In this document: piece after piece, positions 26,292 to 35,660 of the stretch
Layout: each line of letters begins with the position of its first letter
Numbering within the stretch: position 1 is the first letter of the stretch
Source of the DNA: a bacterium
GTDB taxonomy: Bacteria; RBG-13-61-14; DATKZS01
Assembly (NCBI GenBank): GCA_963674965.2
Contig: CAXXFL010000001.1
Location: 672,001 to 736,000 of the forward strand
Direction: 5' to 3'
Length of the DNA: 64,000 bases
The notes under the pieces: model-generated
Database searches by the model: none
Seen by the model: the letters and a program-made list of their open reading frames with translations, nothing else
Told to the model about the DNA's origin: nothing
Translations under genes and position numbers: made by a program

Positions 26292-26878
26292 TATTTAGCC
26301 TCGAAATAATCTTTCAATTGGTTCCGGACGAAGGCCCGGGCACGGTGCAGTCTTATTTTTACGGCCTCCTCCGAGATGTCCAGGGCGTCGGCCGTCTCCC
26401 GAGTGGAAAGCCCCTCCACGTCGCGCATTATCAGCACGCCCCGGTTGGTGAGCGGCACCTCGGCGATGGCGCCCTCCAGGCGCGCCTTGAGTTCCTCGTT
26501 AAGAAGACGGTCCGCGGGATTGAATTCCCATTTCGAGGGAGTGACCTCCAGCATTTCCTCGTGGGTCGTCATGACGTCCTCGAGCCGAAGCTCACGCTGG
26601 CTGCCGCCGGCTTTACGATGCCGCTGGCGACAGGCGTTGCCGGCTATGCTGAACAGCCAGTTGCGAAGCTTCCCGTCCCCCCTGAATTGATGTATCTTTT
26701 CCTTGGCCGTTAAAAAGGTGTCCTGCAGGATGTCCTCGGCGTCCGGGTCCGAGCCGCACATGCGGCGGGCGTAACGGAAAAGCATGGGCGCGAAGGTCTC
26801 GACCATAACGTCGAAACCCTCGTCGTCCTCCTCGGAGATCAGGGTCAGTATACGTTTCTCGGCGTCAATTTCATTCAT
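26291..26878 (-). CDS. ECF RNA polymerase sigma factor
   Basis: DAEDILQDTFL, LRNWLFSIAGN and EGLSTRETA...VKIRLHRAR motifs. Confidence 0.95.
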   Translation of the reverse strand: MNEIDAEKRILTLISEEDDEGFDVMVETFAPMLFRYARRMCGSDPDAEDILQDTFLTAKEKIHQFRGDGKLRNWLFSIAGNACRQRHRKAGGSQRELRLEDVMTTHEEMLEVTPSKWEFNPADRLLNEELKARLEGAIAEVPLTNRGVLIMRDVEGLSTRETADALDISEEAVKIRLHRARAFVRNQLKDYFEAK

Positions 26879-26893
26879 GTCCGCGTCCTAATA

Positions 26894-26922
26894 AGGATAT
26901 GGCCTGTTCCGGTTCATGTCAA
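26894..26922 (-). promoter_or_regulatory. sigma70-type promoter of the ECF operon
   Basis: TTGACA-17-TATCCT. Confidence 0.55.
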
Positions 26923-27010
26923 GAATTGGAGTACATTGGAGCGCTCAGCGGCGATGAACCCGTAACGGCTATGAAAAAATTCGGACCGCCTATTCCGCCG
27001 GCGCTTTAAA

Positions 27011-27038
27011 GGAACCCCAATCTTCGGTTCATGTCAAA
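27011..27038 (+). promoter_or_regulatory. ECF-type promoter
   Basis: GGAACC-16-GTCAAA upstream of 27051. Confidence 0.55.
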
Positions 27039-27050
27039 GATAAAGTAAGG

Positions 27051-27770
27051 TTGGGAAAGAAAAAACAAAAATATGTTAGCCGGTTAATTCTGGCGCTTCT
27101 GGGTTTGGCCTTATTATCCCCTCCCGTCGGATATTACGCTTTTCTTTGCCATAGCCATAATAATAGCATGGAGTGGGTTGTTTCCGACCGTGACAATGAC
27201 GGCCTAACTTTACTGGAGGATCTGGACGCGGATGGCGACGGGAAAGATTTTCTCCATGACAAAGACTCGGACAACGACGGCATAAAAGACGCCGAAGAAG
27301 CGGCTATTCACGGAAAAAGCATGGAGGGAATCCCCACTGATTATTTAATGGGCAAATATTTCAATGTATTAGGCCGGATCGGTCGCGTCGTCTGCGTTGA
27401 CGTGCCCATTCAATCCTATCTTATGGCGGGTGCAAGTTTTCCAGCTCTATTAAAAAGAAGCGCGGCCTCTCATCCCGACTGGTTCGAAATCGATGAATCG
27501 AATAAGCCGGAAAATGAGTTTTTCTATCGGCGCGTCCGCAATTATTACGACCTGTTCACCCATCATCCCGGTTTGGAAATAGACCATAGCCCCCGAGTCG
27601 GAGATTGGGCATTTTATGGCCGCGGCCACGTCGCCCTTGTAGTATGGGTCGGAGAAGCGGGGAAATATTTCGCCATGGAGGCTTATTGGGAGGAGACCGA
27701 ACTCGCCGAGGACATAGCCATCGAGAATATCTGGGGACCTCCCGATTTCTTCGGAAGAGTAAAACGATAG
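27051..27770 (+). CDS. Membrane-anchored DUF1287-like (NlpC/P60-related) protein with DxDxDG repeats
   Basis: N-terminal TM; three DxDxDG motifs; VCVDV, RRVRN and GD.....HVALV motifs. Confidence 0.65.
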   Translation: MGKKKQKYVSRLILALLGLALLSPPVGYYAFLCHSHNNSMEWVVSDRDNDGLTLLEDLDADGDGKDFLHDKDSDNDGIKDAEEAAIHGKSMEGIPTDYLMGKYFNVLGRIGRVVCVDVPIQSYLMAGASFPALLKRSAASHPDWFEIDESNKPENEFFYRRVRNYYDLFTHHPGLEIDHSPRVGDWAFYGRGHVALVVWVGEAGKYFAMEAYWEETELAEDIAIENIWGPPDFFGRVKR

Positions 27771-27934
27771 GAAGGGTCCTTGCGCGAGCAAATAACGAAG
27801 GAGTTGATATTGCAAAATAGTATGTTAATAACTTTGACGATGCTCGCTACCGGTTGCCGTTTAAAGGGACGTTTAAAGTTGTAAAACATTCTTCCTTATG
27901 TTACAGTTATTTAGCGCGTAGTTGAGGGTCCAGG

Positions 27935-29212
27935 ATGGCTGAAGACAACCTGCAATTCATCATTGATAAACTTGGCCAGGCATGCCGGGAGCTTGGGTTC
28001 CTCGATTATATGCCCTCCCAAATGATCGGGCATTTCGTCAAGCAGGCCGTGACCTCGGCCTTTCATGAAAACGAGGTAAAGCTCGATCAGTTCTACCACT
28101 GGGTCAGAATGGAATACTCCGTTCCCGACCACGTCTTTTCCCGCGTCTTTACAACCCTGTCCGAGACGGCCCATAGAGTGGGCATTTCCGTTACCATGCC
28201 TCGTTCCTTCAAGCCCCGGTTCGACGAGAAGGTCAAGGAATGGCTCCGTTACGACGTGGGCGTGGAAGGCGAGCCCGACGCTCCGGCCCCCGCGCCGCCG
28301 CCCGCGGCCAGGGAGGACCGCGTGGGAATCGAGGACCTTATCGACTACGACGAGACGGGAGAGCTGGTGGTGGACCCGGGCGAGCTTATCGTGGGCGAGA
28401 TTATAGACGACGACGAAATCTCGGCTGAGGGCTATTCCGAGGAGGTGGTGCTCATTCCTCTCGAGGCCGAGGTGGTGGCCTACGACGACCTGGTCCCGGA
28501 GGAATACCCCGCGGAAAAGGGGCAACCGCCCCCCGCCCAAGCGCAAAGGGAGGAGGACCAATTGAAACTCGAGCTTCGGGAGTCGGTTCGTCAGGAGTTG
28601 CGCCGCGAGTTGTGGGACGAGGTAAGGCGGGAGGTGAAAGCCGATCTTTCCTCCGTGCTCCAGGCCGAGGCCGATCAAAAAGAAAAGGAAGAGGCGCCCA
28701 AAGGGACCGGGATGGTGGATCAACTCGCCATTATCAAGGCCCTGCGCGAGAGGCTCTCCCCCTCAATCCGGGAAAAAGTCATAAGCGAGTTCACCGCCCT
28801 GGCCAGGGCCCGCGAGGAAGAGGATAGAAAAAGACAACTCGAGGAAATGCTCGACGACCGTGACTTCTGCCTCGATCAAATCCGGGCCTTCCTCTTTCCC
28901 GACCAGCCCGCTTTATGGAAAAAGATCGAGCCCCTGGTCGATTTCGCCCAATGGCGCGACGTGATCAGGCTGCTGTCCGAGAACGAGAAGGCGGACGAAC
29001 TGGATTGGCTTACAAGGCAGCGCTCGATCATGCGGGAGGCCCTGCGTCTCAAGGCCGAGATAGGAGCGGAACTTGGCATCGAGCCCAACCGGCAAGGTCC
29101 CCGCCCCGCCATGAGCAACGCCCTGACCGGCGCCGACGAGATGCTCGACTTCGTCTTGAAAAACGTCTCCGATATTATTAGCGATAACGTGAATTCCCCT
29201 TTCGGCTCGTGA
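27935..29212 (+). CDS. Hypothetical protein with acidic linker and coiled coils
   Basis: 425-aa ORF with GC3-rich coding bias; no recognised domain. Confidence 0.75.
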   Translation: MAEDNLQFIIDKLGQACRELGFLDYMPSQMIGHFVKQAVTSAFHENEVKLDQFYHWVRMEYSVPDHVFSRVFTTLSETAHRVGISVTMPRSFKPRFDEKVKEWLRYDVGVEGEPDAPAPAPPPAAREDRVGIEDLIDYDETGELVVDPGELIVGEIIDDDEISAEGYSEEVVLIPLEAEVVAYDDLVPEEYPAEKGQPPPAQAQREEDQLKLELRESVRQELRRELWDEVRREVKADLSSVLQAEADQKEKEEAPKGTGMVDQLAIIKALRERLSPSIREKVISEFTALARAREEEDRKRQLEEMLDDRDFCLDQIRAFLFPDQPALWKKIEPLVDFAQWRDVIRLLSENEKADELDWLTRQRSIMREALRLKAEIGAELGIEPNRQGPRPAMSNALTGADEMLDFVLKNVSDIISDNVNSPFGS

Positions 29213-29280
29213 CCGTTCGACTCGAATCCCGGGCGTCCGCGTCATGGCCGCCCCCATTGACGTCTAACGTCGTAGCCGTA

Positions 29281-29907
29281 TTATCCGCAGCCGCCGGCTT
29301 TCTTGGCGGCCGGTCCAATTGACTTGACCTTTTTTTCGTACTCGCGGTGGGGGGCCTCGTGAGGGTCAGGGTCGGCCTCGGGCCGGCGCTGGCCCAGGGC
29401 GGAGGAAAACTCGTGCCTCATCGTATCGTCCCCCTCGGGCCTGGGCTTCGCGGCCGGGTCATTGTCCTGCCCGTAAACGTCGAGCCAGTAATTGATCCCG
29501 CCCTCGAGGATGTACAGGTTGGCCACGCCCCTGGCGGAAAGCAGCCTCCAGGCCAGGGTCGCCCTTTTCTCGTCGTTCGAGGTCAACACCAGGACCGTGT
29601 TCGGCGGCAGGCTTTTTGCCCACTTATAATCGCGCGCCTGGTCCATGGTCACGCGCTCGGCGTCGATGATATGGAACAGGTTAAAGTCTGCCTCGTCCCG
29701 AACGTCCAGGATTTTCACCGCCGCGTTGTCATTGTAGATAAGGTCGAGAAGCTCGCCCGGGTCGATCTGGACCTCACGCGATTTCAGCCTGGCCTCGAGA
29801 TCGGGCGCCATCCTGGCCGCCAGCTCGTCCGGCGTGGGCTGGCCGAGAAAAAACACCCCAATCCCCACGAGGACCGCGAAAACCGCCCCGCCTATTTTCC
29901 ATTTCAT
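29281..29907 (-). CDS. Membrane-anchored rhodanese-like protein
   Basis: ILDVRDEADFNLFHI and LYILEGGINYW; C-terminal GGCG. Confidence 0.88.
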   Translation of the reverse strand: MKWKIGGAVFAVLVGIGVFFLGQPTPDELAARMAPDLEARLKSREVQIDPGELLDLIYNDNAAVKILDVRDEADFNLFHIIDAERVTMDQARDYKWAKSLPPNTVLVLTSNDEKRATLAWRLLSARGVANLYILEGGINYWLDVYGQDNDPAAKPRPEGDDTMRHEFSSALGQRRPEADPDPHEAPHREYEKKVKSIGPAAKKAGGCG

Positions 29908-30509
29908 GACGCCCGCCCTCCCTCGCGCTCGGCGAAATAGGCCTCGATCTTTTCCGCGCCCACGAACATGGCAAGGGCCATGATCACCACGCCCACCACC
30001 ACCACGCCCGGGTCAACGCCGAAAAGGCCGTAAAGAGTCACCTCGCCGTAAGCGCCCGAGGTCTCCCAGAAGACGCGGTAGGCGTCAATGGTTTCCCCGA
30101 ACGCTATCATGCCCAGGCCGAGACCCAGGACGAAGAAGAGGCCGTCCAGCTTGAGGGTCGCCGCCGACACCAGGGCCGTGCCCGGACAATAGCCGCCGAT
30201 GACGAACCCGACCCCGAAGATAATGCCTCCCACTATTCCCGGCCAAAGATAGGTGGGGTTGACGAAAATCTTGCTCACGTTCATTAACCCCAGGGCGCCG
30301 GACAGGAAGATTAACAGCATGGCCGTGATGATGGCCGTGAACATGACCTTGAGGACCCGCATGTCCCGAAGATAAAACTGGGCGGCCAGGTTCCTCGAGT
30401 TGCCGAACCCGGCCCTCTCGAGGGCGAACCCGAAGCCTATTCCCGTGACCACGTACATGACGTTCTTCAGAACGTGTCCGATAAGTTCGTTCAGATCGAG
30501 GGGCGCCAT
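29904..30509 (-). CDS. YeeE/YedE thiosulfate transporter half-protein
   Basis: GFGFALERAGF, VLKVMFTAI and GGYCPGT motifs. Confidence 0.9.
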   Translation of the reverse strand: MAPLDLNELIGHVLKNVMYVVTGIGFGFALERAGFGNSRNLAAQFYLRDMRVLKVMFTAIITAMLLIFLSGALGLMNVSKIFVNPTYLWPGIVGGIIFGVGFVIGGYCPGTALVSAATLKLDGLFFVLGLGLGMIAFGETIDAYRVFWETSGAYGEVTLYGLFGVDPGVVVVGVVIMALAMFVGAEKIEAYFAEREGGRAS

Positions 30510-30519
30510 GGCTTCCTCC

Positions 30520-31038
30520 TTATCTCCAGAGCCTGCGGACGAAGTAGGCCATCATGTAGGCCCCCCCGAACACGGAGAACATGAAGGCCCAACTGCCGGC
30601 GGACAGGACCGCGCCTCCCGACAGGGCCTGGCTCGAGGTGCATCCTCTCGCGATCCGGACGCCGTAGCCCGCGATGGTCCCCCCGATGAGCGCCGCGACC
30701 CACCTGGTATGAACGCTTATATGGGGGCCCTTGAAGGTCTCGGGCTTGACCCGGCCCGCCAGCATTCCCGAGGCGAAGCCGCCGATCATGACCCCAATTA
30801 TCTCGAAGACCAGCCACGTGTCCAGGGGGTTGTCGCTTCCGCGCAGGAGTCCCACCAAATAGGCGTTCCTGTCCGTGTGGCCCGGCGCCACCAGGTCCAC
30901 GGCGGCGCTCACCAGTTTGGCTATCCCGCCCGAGGCCCCTAGACCGTGCCCGAACAAGAGATAGGAAAGGAAAAGCACCACGCCCAGCAAGACCCCCGCC
31001 GCGTAGGGGTTCATGTATTCCGATCGAGACCGCTCCAC
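30520..31038 (-). CDS. YeeE/YedE thiosulfate transporter half-protein
   Basis: NPYAAGVLLG, LGASGG and ARGCTSSQALSG motifs; GTG start after GGAGG (ATG 31014 is an alternative). Confidence 0.9.
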   Translation of the reverse strand: MERSRSEYMNPYAAGVLLGVVLFLSYLLFGHGLGASGGIAKLVSAAVDLVAPGHTDRNAYLVGLLRGSDNPLDTWLVFEIIGVMIGGFASGMLAGRVKPETFKGPHISVHTRWVAALIGGTIAGYGVRIARGCTSSQALSGGAVLSAGSWAFMFSVFGGAYMMAYFVRRLWR

Positions 31039-31039
31039 G

Positions 31040-31675
31040 TCAGCCCTCCTTCCCGTCATCGAGGTGGACTTCCTCGTAACCCAGGACCATGGCCTTGAGG
31101 TTCGAGAAAATCGTATGGCCCGTGGTTATCATGTACACGTGCACGATTAAAAAGGCCGCGAACATCCAGGCGCCGAAGCGGTGGATGGGACCGAGAAGCT
31201 TCAATCCGCCAAAGTACTCGACCCAGGCTGGATTGACCTCCGCGCTCAGCTTGAGAGCCCCGGTCACGATCATGAGGGGCAAGAGGACGTTCAGTATCAT
31301 GAAGTAGGTAATTTTCTGCAGGGGCAAGAGTCTTTTTTCCGGCGTCTTGTCGAAGGGATGGGGAGCGCCCACGAAGATGCCCCAGATATAATAGGTGGCG
31401 TGCCTTATGCCGAGAGTGAAAAAATCCTCCAGCCCGGGCACGTACCTTTTTAGAAGTCCGCCCGCCAGGTTGTAGAAAAGGGCCAGAAAGGCGTTGACCA
31501 CCAATATAACGCCCGCAAGATTGTGGAGGGTGACGGCCACCTTGAAGCCCGTTACCGAGAAGTTTCCCGCGTAGCTGATCTCGAAGCCGCTCATAATCAG
31601 GACGAGGACCGCTATGGCCTGGACCCAGTGCCAAATTCTTTCGTAGAACGAGTAAAACCAGACTTTCTTTTCCAT
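31040..31675 (-). CDS. Cytochrome b subunit (Ni-hydrogenase/thiosulfate reductase type)
   Basis: ERIWHW, TLHN, PLQKITY, IHR and IVHVYM; four TM helices with His ligands. Confidence 0.92.
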   Translation of the reverse strand: MEKKVWFYSFYERIWHWVQAIAVLVLIMSGFEISYAGNFSVTGFKVAVTLHNLAGVILVVNAFLALFYNLAGGLLKRYVPGLEDFFTLGIRHATYYIWGIFVGAPHPFDKTPEKRLLPLQKITYFMILNVLLPLMIVTGALKLSAEVNPAWVEYFGGLKLLGPIHRFGAWMFAAFLIVHVYMITTGHTIFSNLKAMVLGYEEVHLDDGKEG

Positions 31676-31679
31676 GGCG

Positions 31680-33878
31680 CTACTCCGCTTTCTTAATCCG
31701 GGAGGAGGCGAACCTTAGGGTCCCGTGGGCCGCCACGCCCAGGAACGACCCGATGACCGCGAGTATCCCAATCCAGTCGAGCCACTGTACTCGCTGGGTA
31801 CCATGGAGGTATAGGTTGCCCGGGTCCAAGGTGGGCGTGCAATAGACCTTCCCGTCCTTGCCCGTCTCGATCTTGCCGTGAAGCAATATCCTGGCGTCGG
31901 TCACCGGCCCTGGCTCAGCGGCTCCGGGCGCGTAATCCGAGAGCTTGACGTCCTGGATGGCCCTCGAGTTTTTCCCGTGGCAGCACTGGCAGCAGTGGAG
32001 GGCGTAGTCCCCCGAGGCGACCCCGTGGCTGAGCGTGTAAGGCTGTATCTCTCCCTTTATCCGGGGAGCCTTCACGCCGGCCGACTCGAGGAGTTTCTTG
32101 ATCGCCTCGACCTTGGCCGCCGAGCCGAGCCGGAGCTCGTTCTCCTCGAGCTTGCCGTCTCCATTTTCGTCCAGGGCCCGGACGTACTCGGGCCGATAGG
32201 TCCCGTCCTTTTCCAGGAAGGCGGCCTTGAGGTCGGCCTCGCGAACGGGTCTTTCCGGGTCTCCCTCCACCCAGAACCAGGAGGTGATGACGTTGTGCGG
32301 GCCGAGTCTGTATTCCCCGTCGTCCTCCTCATGCATGAGCAGCACGGGAGTGTATCCGTCGATAATCGACGCGGGATCGTTGACCCTTCCCCTTACTCCC
32401 CGGTGGGTAACCAGGGGCTCGCCGGCGCTATCGAGGAGGGTCCAGTCCGTGGACATCCGGGCCGGCGCCAGGACTCGCTGCACGTGGCAGGTCTGGCAAC
32501 TGAGCTTCTGGAAATGAAGCTTCTTGTATGGAAGGAAATCATGGCGGGCCTCGGCGTCGTGGCAGTCCCGGCAGTCCCGCATGCTTCCGTCCATGGCCCT
32601 GGCCACCGTGCCCTGGGCCGAGTGTCCCTTTGCCAGGTTGTGATCTGGCGTCTCGAGGTACTCTCCAAAGCCGAGCTTGCGGGCGTCGAACCTTAAATGA
32701 CCCGGCCTTTCATCGCCCGTCTCCTCGTTATACTCGGGGTTGTTCATCGAGTGGTGACAGTTCGAGCACTGGAGAAGTCTTTGAGCGTGAACGTCCCAGG
32801 GAAGATGAAGACTCTCCTTGCCCTTGAGGTTCATGCCCGAGCGGTCCACCGGGTCGGGCGAAAATATCTCGCCCGTCGTCTCCGTGCCCCAGTTGTCAAG
32901 GGAGTTCTCGAAAATAACCGGGTCGGAGCACCGGCAGGCGGAGCCATGGCAGATGCGGCAGTTGCCGCTGCGGGGGTCGGAAACCCGGAAATACTCGGGC
33001 CTTACGCTCCCGTCCTCGGCAAAGGCCTTGGCCGACCATTTAATCTCACCGCCATCCCTTTCCGCCACGCCCGACCCCAGCAGGGTGGCGGAGGAAGCCC
33101 AGCCAAAGCGGCCCTTTTTGATCTCGGCCACCCGCTGGGCGTTGTTCGGGTCCTTAACGTGGCACAGAAGGCAGTTAAGCTCCATCACCCCCGACTCTTG
33201 CCAGTTCCACGCCGCGGGCTTCCGGGTTATCGGGTCCAGGACAAAGGCGTCGGGATTCTTCGGGTCGTCCGCCCTCGTCTCGGTCAAGGGCCGGCCCGTG
33301 AACCGGCTTGTCACCGCCGGGCCGCCGCCCACGTGGCGCGGTCCCATTACCATGATCCAGTCGGCCGTGCCCATGTCGATCTCATCGAAGCCCTCGGGCG
33401 AGAGCGTCCTGTAAGTTAAGGGGTTCCATCTCCCGAACATGCCGGGACTTACGTCCCAGGCCCGGCCGCTCTTGGCCTGGCCGGGAGGGGTCAGCTCGTT
33501 AAGCCCAACTTGGGAGTGGTAGTTGTTCCTGGCGATATAATCGACGTTGTGGCAGCCCCCGCAGGTCGCGGCCAAGGAAAGAGGACGGCCGGACCTGATG
33601 ACGGGCTCCATATCCTCGTCCATGAGGATCACGGGAGGATGGATGGAAGGCGTCCTGGGCTCGGCCGCCTTCTCCAGGGATTTGAGAGTGAGAGGCGGAA
33701 ACAGCGACGACGGCCCCTCTTCAGCCGGCGGCGTCTGGACAGCGGCCGTGTCTCCGGCCACGACCTCGGCGGCGGCCTCGGCTACGGCCGGGGTCTCCAC
33801 GTCGGCGGAGGAAATCACCCATACGGCGGGGGCCAATACCAAAAGGACGACGATTATAAGGGTCAGTCGCGAATTCAT
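31680..33878 (-). CDS. Multiheme cytochrome c (7 CxxCH) with C-terminal TM helix
   Basis: CGGCH, CLLCH, CRICH, CSNCH, CRDCH, CQTCH and CQCCH; signal peptide. Confidence 0.92.
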   Translation of the reverse strand: MNSRLTLIIVVLLVLAPAVWVISSADVETPAVAEAAAEVVAGDTAAVQTPPAEEGPSSLFPPLTLKSLEKAAEPRTPSIHPPVILMDEDMEPVIRSGRPLSLAATCGGCHNVDYIARNNYHSQVGLNELTPPGQAKSGRAWDVSPGMFGRWNPLTYRTLSPEGFDEIDMGTADWIMVMGPRHVGGGPAVTSRFTGRPLTETRADDPKNPDAFVLDPITRKPAAWNWQESGVMELNCLLCHVKDPNNAQRVAEIKKGRFGWASSATLLGSGVAERDGGEIKWSAKAFAEDGSVRPEYFRVSDPRSGNCRICHGSACRCSDPVIFENSLDNWGTETTGEIFSPDPVDRSGMNLKGKESLHLPWDVHAQRLLQCSNCHHSMNNPEYNEETGDERPGHLRFDARKLGFGEYLETPDHNLAKGHSAQGTVARAMDGSMRDCRDCHDAEARHDFLPYKKLHFQKLSCQTCHVQRVLAPARMSTDWTLLDSAGEPLVTHRGVRGRVNDPASIIDGYTPVLLMHEEDDGEYRLGPHNVITSWFWVEGDPERPVREADLKAAFLEKDGTYRPEYVRALDENGDGKLEENELRLGSAAKVEAIKKLLESAGVKAPRIKGEIQPYTLSHGVASGDYALHCCQCCHGKNSRAIQDVKLSDYAPGAAEPGPVTDARILLHGKIETGKDGKVYCTPTLDPGNLYLHGTQRVQWLDWIGILAVIGSFLGVAAHGTLRFASSRIKKAE

Positions 33879-35335
33879 TTGTCCGTCCCTCCCGCCATGG
33901 AAACCACCCGCTTGCGAGATCGGCCTCCCACGTACGCCGGGTCTCCGTCATAGCCGAGGGCTTTCCAGTCCATTCCCCCCGAGTCCCCGTGGCAGTCCAC
34001 GCACTGGAGGGCCCTTTCCTTGGGAGCGATCATGTGCGAGAGCCTCCAATACATTTCCGTCTCCGTAAAGCCGAACTCGCCGCTGAAGGGAAGCCCCGAG
34101 GCCTCGCCCCCCAGCTCGGCCGCCTTGATCCAGTCGAAGTCGGTCCAGTAGCCGCCCTTGCCGACCGTCTTGGGAACAATGAGCCTTTTATACTTGACGT
34201 CGTAAGGCTGCTTGGCCCGGTGGACTTTAAAGGGCCATATCTTCGAGTTCGGGTCGCCGATGCTTCCAAGGGGGCGGTTGATCTGGGTGACCTTTTCCGG
34301 GTCGATGAGGTCGCCTTTCAGGTAGCGCTCCAAAGAGCCGTTAAACCAAAAGTATTCGGGCCGAAGGTTTTTGGCGTAAATGAAGCTTCCTTTTATCTTG
34401 AGATATTTATGGGGGTCGTCGGCGCCTATATCCTGGCCGGCGGTGGACCAGTCCCAGGCGACCTTGGTCGCCTCCTTGACAGCCATCTCCGGCAGGTGGC
34501 AGGTCTGACAGGCCAGGGCCTCGGTATGGCCGTCCAGCCTTTCATTGCCGTGCGGCTTGTCCGCGTGACAGGACACGCAGCCCACCTGGTTGGTATTCGT
34601 GGCGCTGACCGAGACCATACGGCCCGTGATTTTATGGTCCCTGGTTTTGTGGCAGTCGATGCATACCAGGTTCAGCCGGCCCATGTGAACGTCGATCCGC
34701 TCGACCGGCTTGGCCAAAGACCCGTCAAGGTCGCCGTGCTTGACCGCGTTTCCTCCCCCCCCGTTGAAATGGCAATAGCCGCAGTTGTCGCGGGTCGGGC
34801 GTCTCACGCTTTTTGCCGCGGCTAAAAGGTCCACGTCCTTGGGAGGGATTCCCGACTCGCCCTTGTCGTAGAGGCCGGAGCCGTCGTGGCAGACCAGGCA
34901 GTCAACGTTCTTTTTCACGGAAAAATCGAAGCTCGCGTCCTTCCATCCATAGCCCGCGTGGCACTTGGTGCATTTGGGCCAATTGCCCTCGATGCTGATG
35001 CAGAAGTTGTTGATAAGGTTGAGCTTGCCTATTCGGACCGGTTTGTCGTGGCCGGGGACTGTCTCCGGGTCGCCCAGCCAGTTCCAATGGGAGGTGGCCA
35101 TGACCTGGTCGGCCGCCTGAGGATGGCACTCGAGGCAGGCCATGGTAACCGACGGCCCGTCCTCGAACTTGTCCGCCTTATAAAGGTGGGCGTGGTTGGT
35201 GTGATCCGGGTATCTCGTTACGCCTCGCCAGGGATCGTCTCTGCCCGGCCCGACCTCCTCGGAGCACCCCAGCACAAGCGCCGCCCCCGCCAGGGAGACG
35301 GCCAGGAGCGCCATATAGATTTTTTTACGCGCCAT
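33875..35335 (-). CDS. otr: Octaheme tetrathionate reductase family cytochrome c (lipoprotein)
   Basis: 8 CxxCH; GKLNLINNFCI, CHAGYGW, GGGGNAVKHGDLD and KIWPFKVH motifs; lipobox LVLGC; start at ATG 35335 after AGGAG. Confidence 0.9.
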   Translation of the reverse strand: MARKKIYMALLAVSLAGAALVLGCSEEVGPGRDDPWRGVTRYPDHTNHAHLYKADKFEDGPSVTMACLECHPQAADQVMATSHWNWLGDPETVPGHDKPVRIGKLNLINNFCISIEGNWPKCTKCHAGYGWKDASFDFSVKKNVDCLVCHDGSGLYDKGESGIPPKDVDLLAAAKSVRRPTRDNCGYCHFNGGGGNAVKHGDLDGSLAKPVERIDVHMGRLNLVCIDCHKTRDHKITGRMVSVSATNTNQVGCVSCHADKPHGNERLDGHTEALACQTCHLPEMAVKEATKVAWDWSTAGQDIGADDPHKYLKIKGSFIYAKNLRPEYFWFNGSLERYLKGDLIDPEKVTQINRPLGSIGDPNSKIWPFKVHRAKQPYDVKYKRLIVPKTVGKGGYWTDFDWIKAAELGGEASGLPFSGEFGFTETEMYWRLSHMIAPKERALQCVDCHGDSGGMDWKALGYDGDPAYVGGRSRKRVVSMAGGTDK

Positions 35336-35660
35336 TAAGCGGCTCCTTAAAGAATTGGATGTGTAATTTGCTAAATAGCATACAAGGATATCCCAACGCA
35401 AGCATTGCGATAGATAAAGATGCAAATAGAGGAGGGAGGTTACGAATTTTCCGGTTGCCAGTCGAGCTGTCGGGGAAATAATAGCATTATCCCGGAGCTG
35501 CGCGGTGTTCATTCCGGGCCGGAGGTTCCTATAGTCCCAAAGGGGCGGCGGCCTGCCCATCCGGACAATTCCCTTTACGGAACTTTCCGTCCTGGCCCCA
35601 AAGGGGCGTAGGTCTAAAGCCCGTGGCGACAACCCTGGGGTAATGAATATATAAAAACCT

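Noticed and set aside
35520-35640. c-di-GMP/cGAMP (GEMM) or Moco riboswitch upstream of otr
   Set aside because: Only isolated words (GACGGAAAG, GGTCTAAAG) match, on inconsistent strands and without the full stem architecture.
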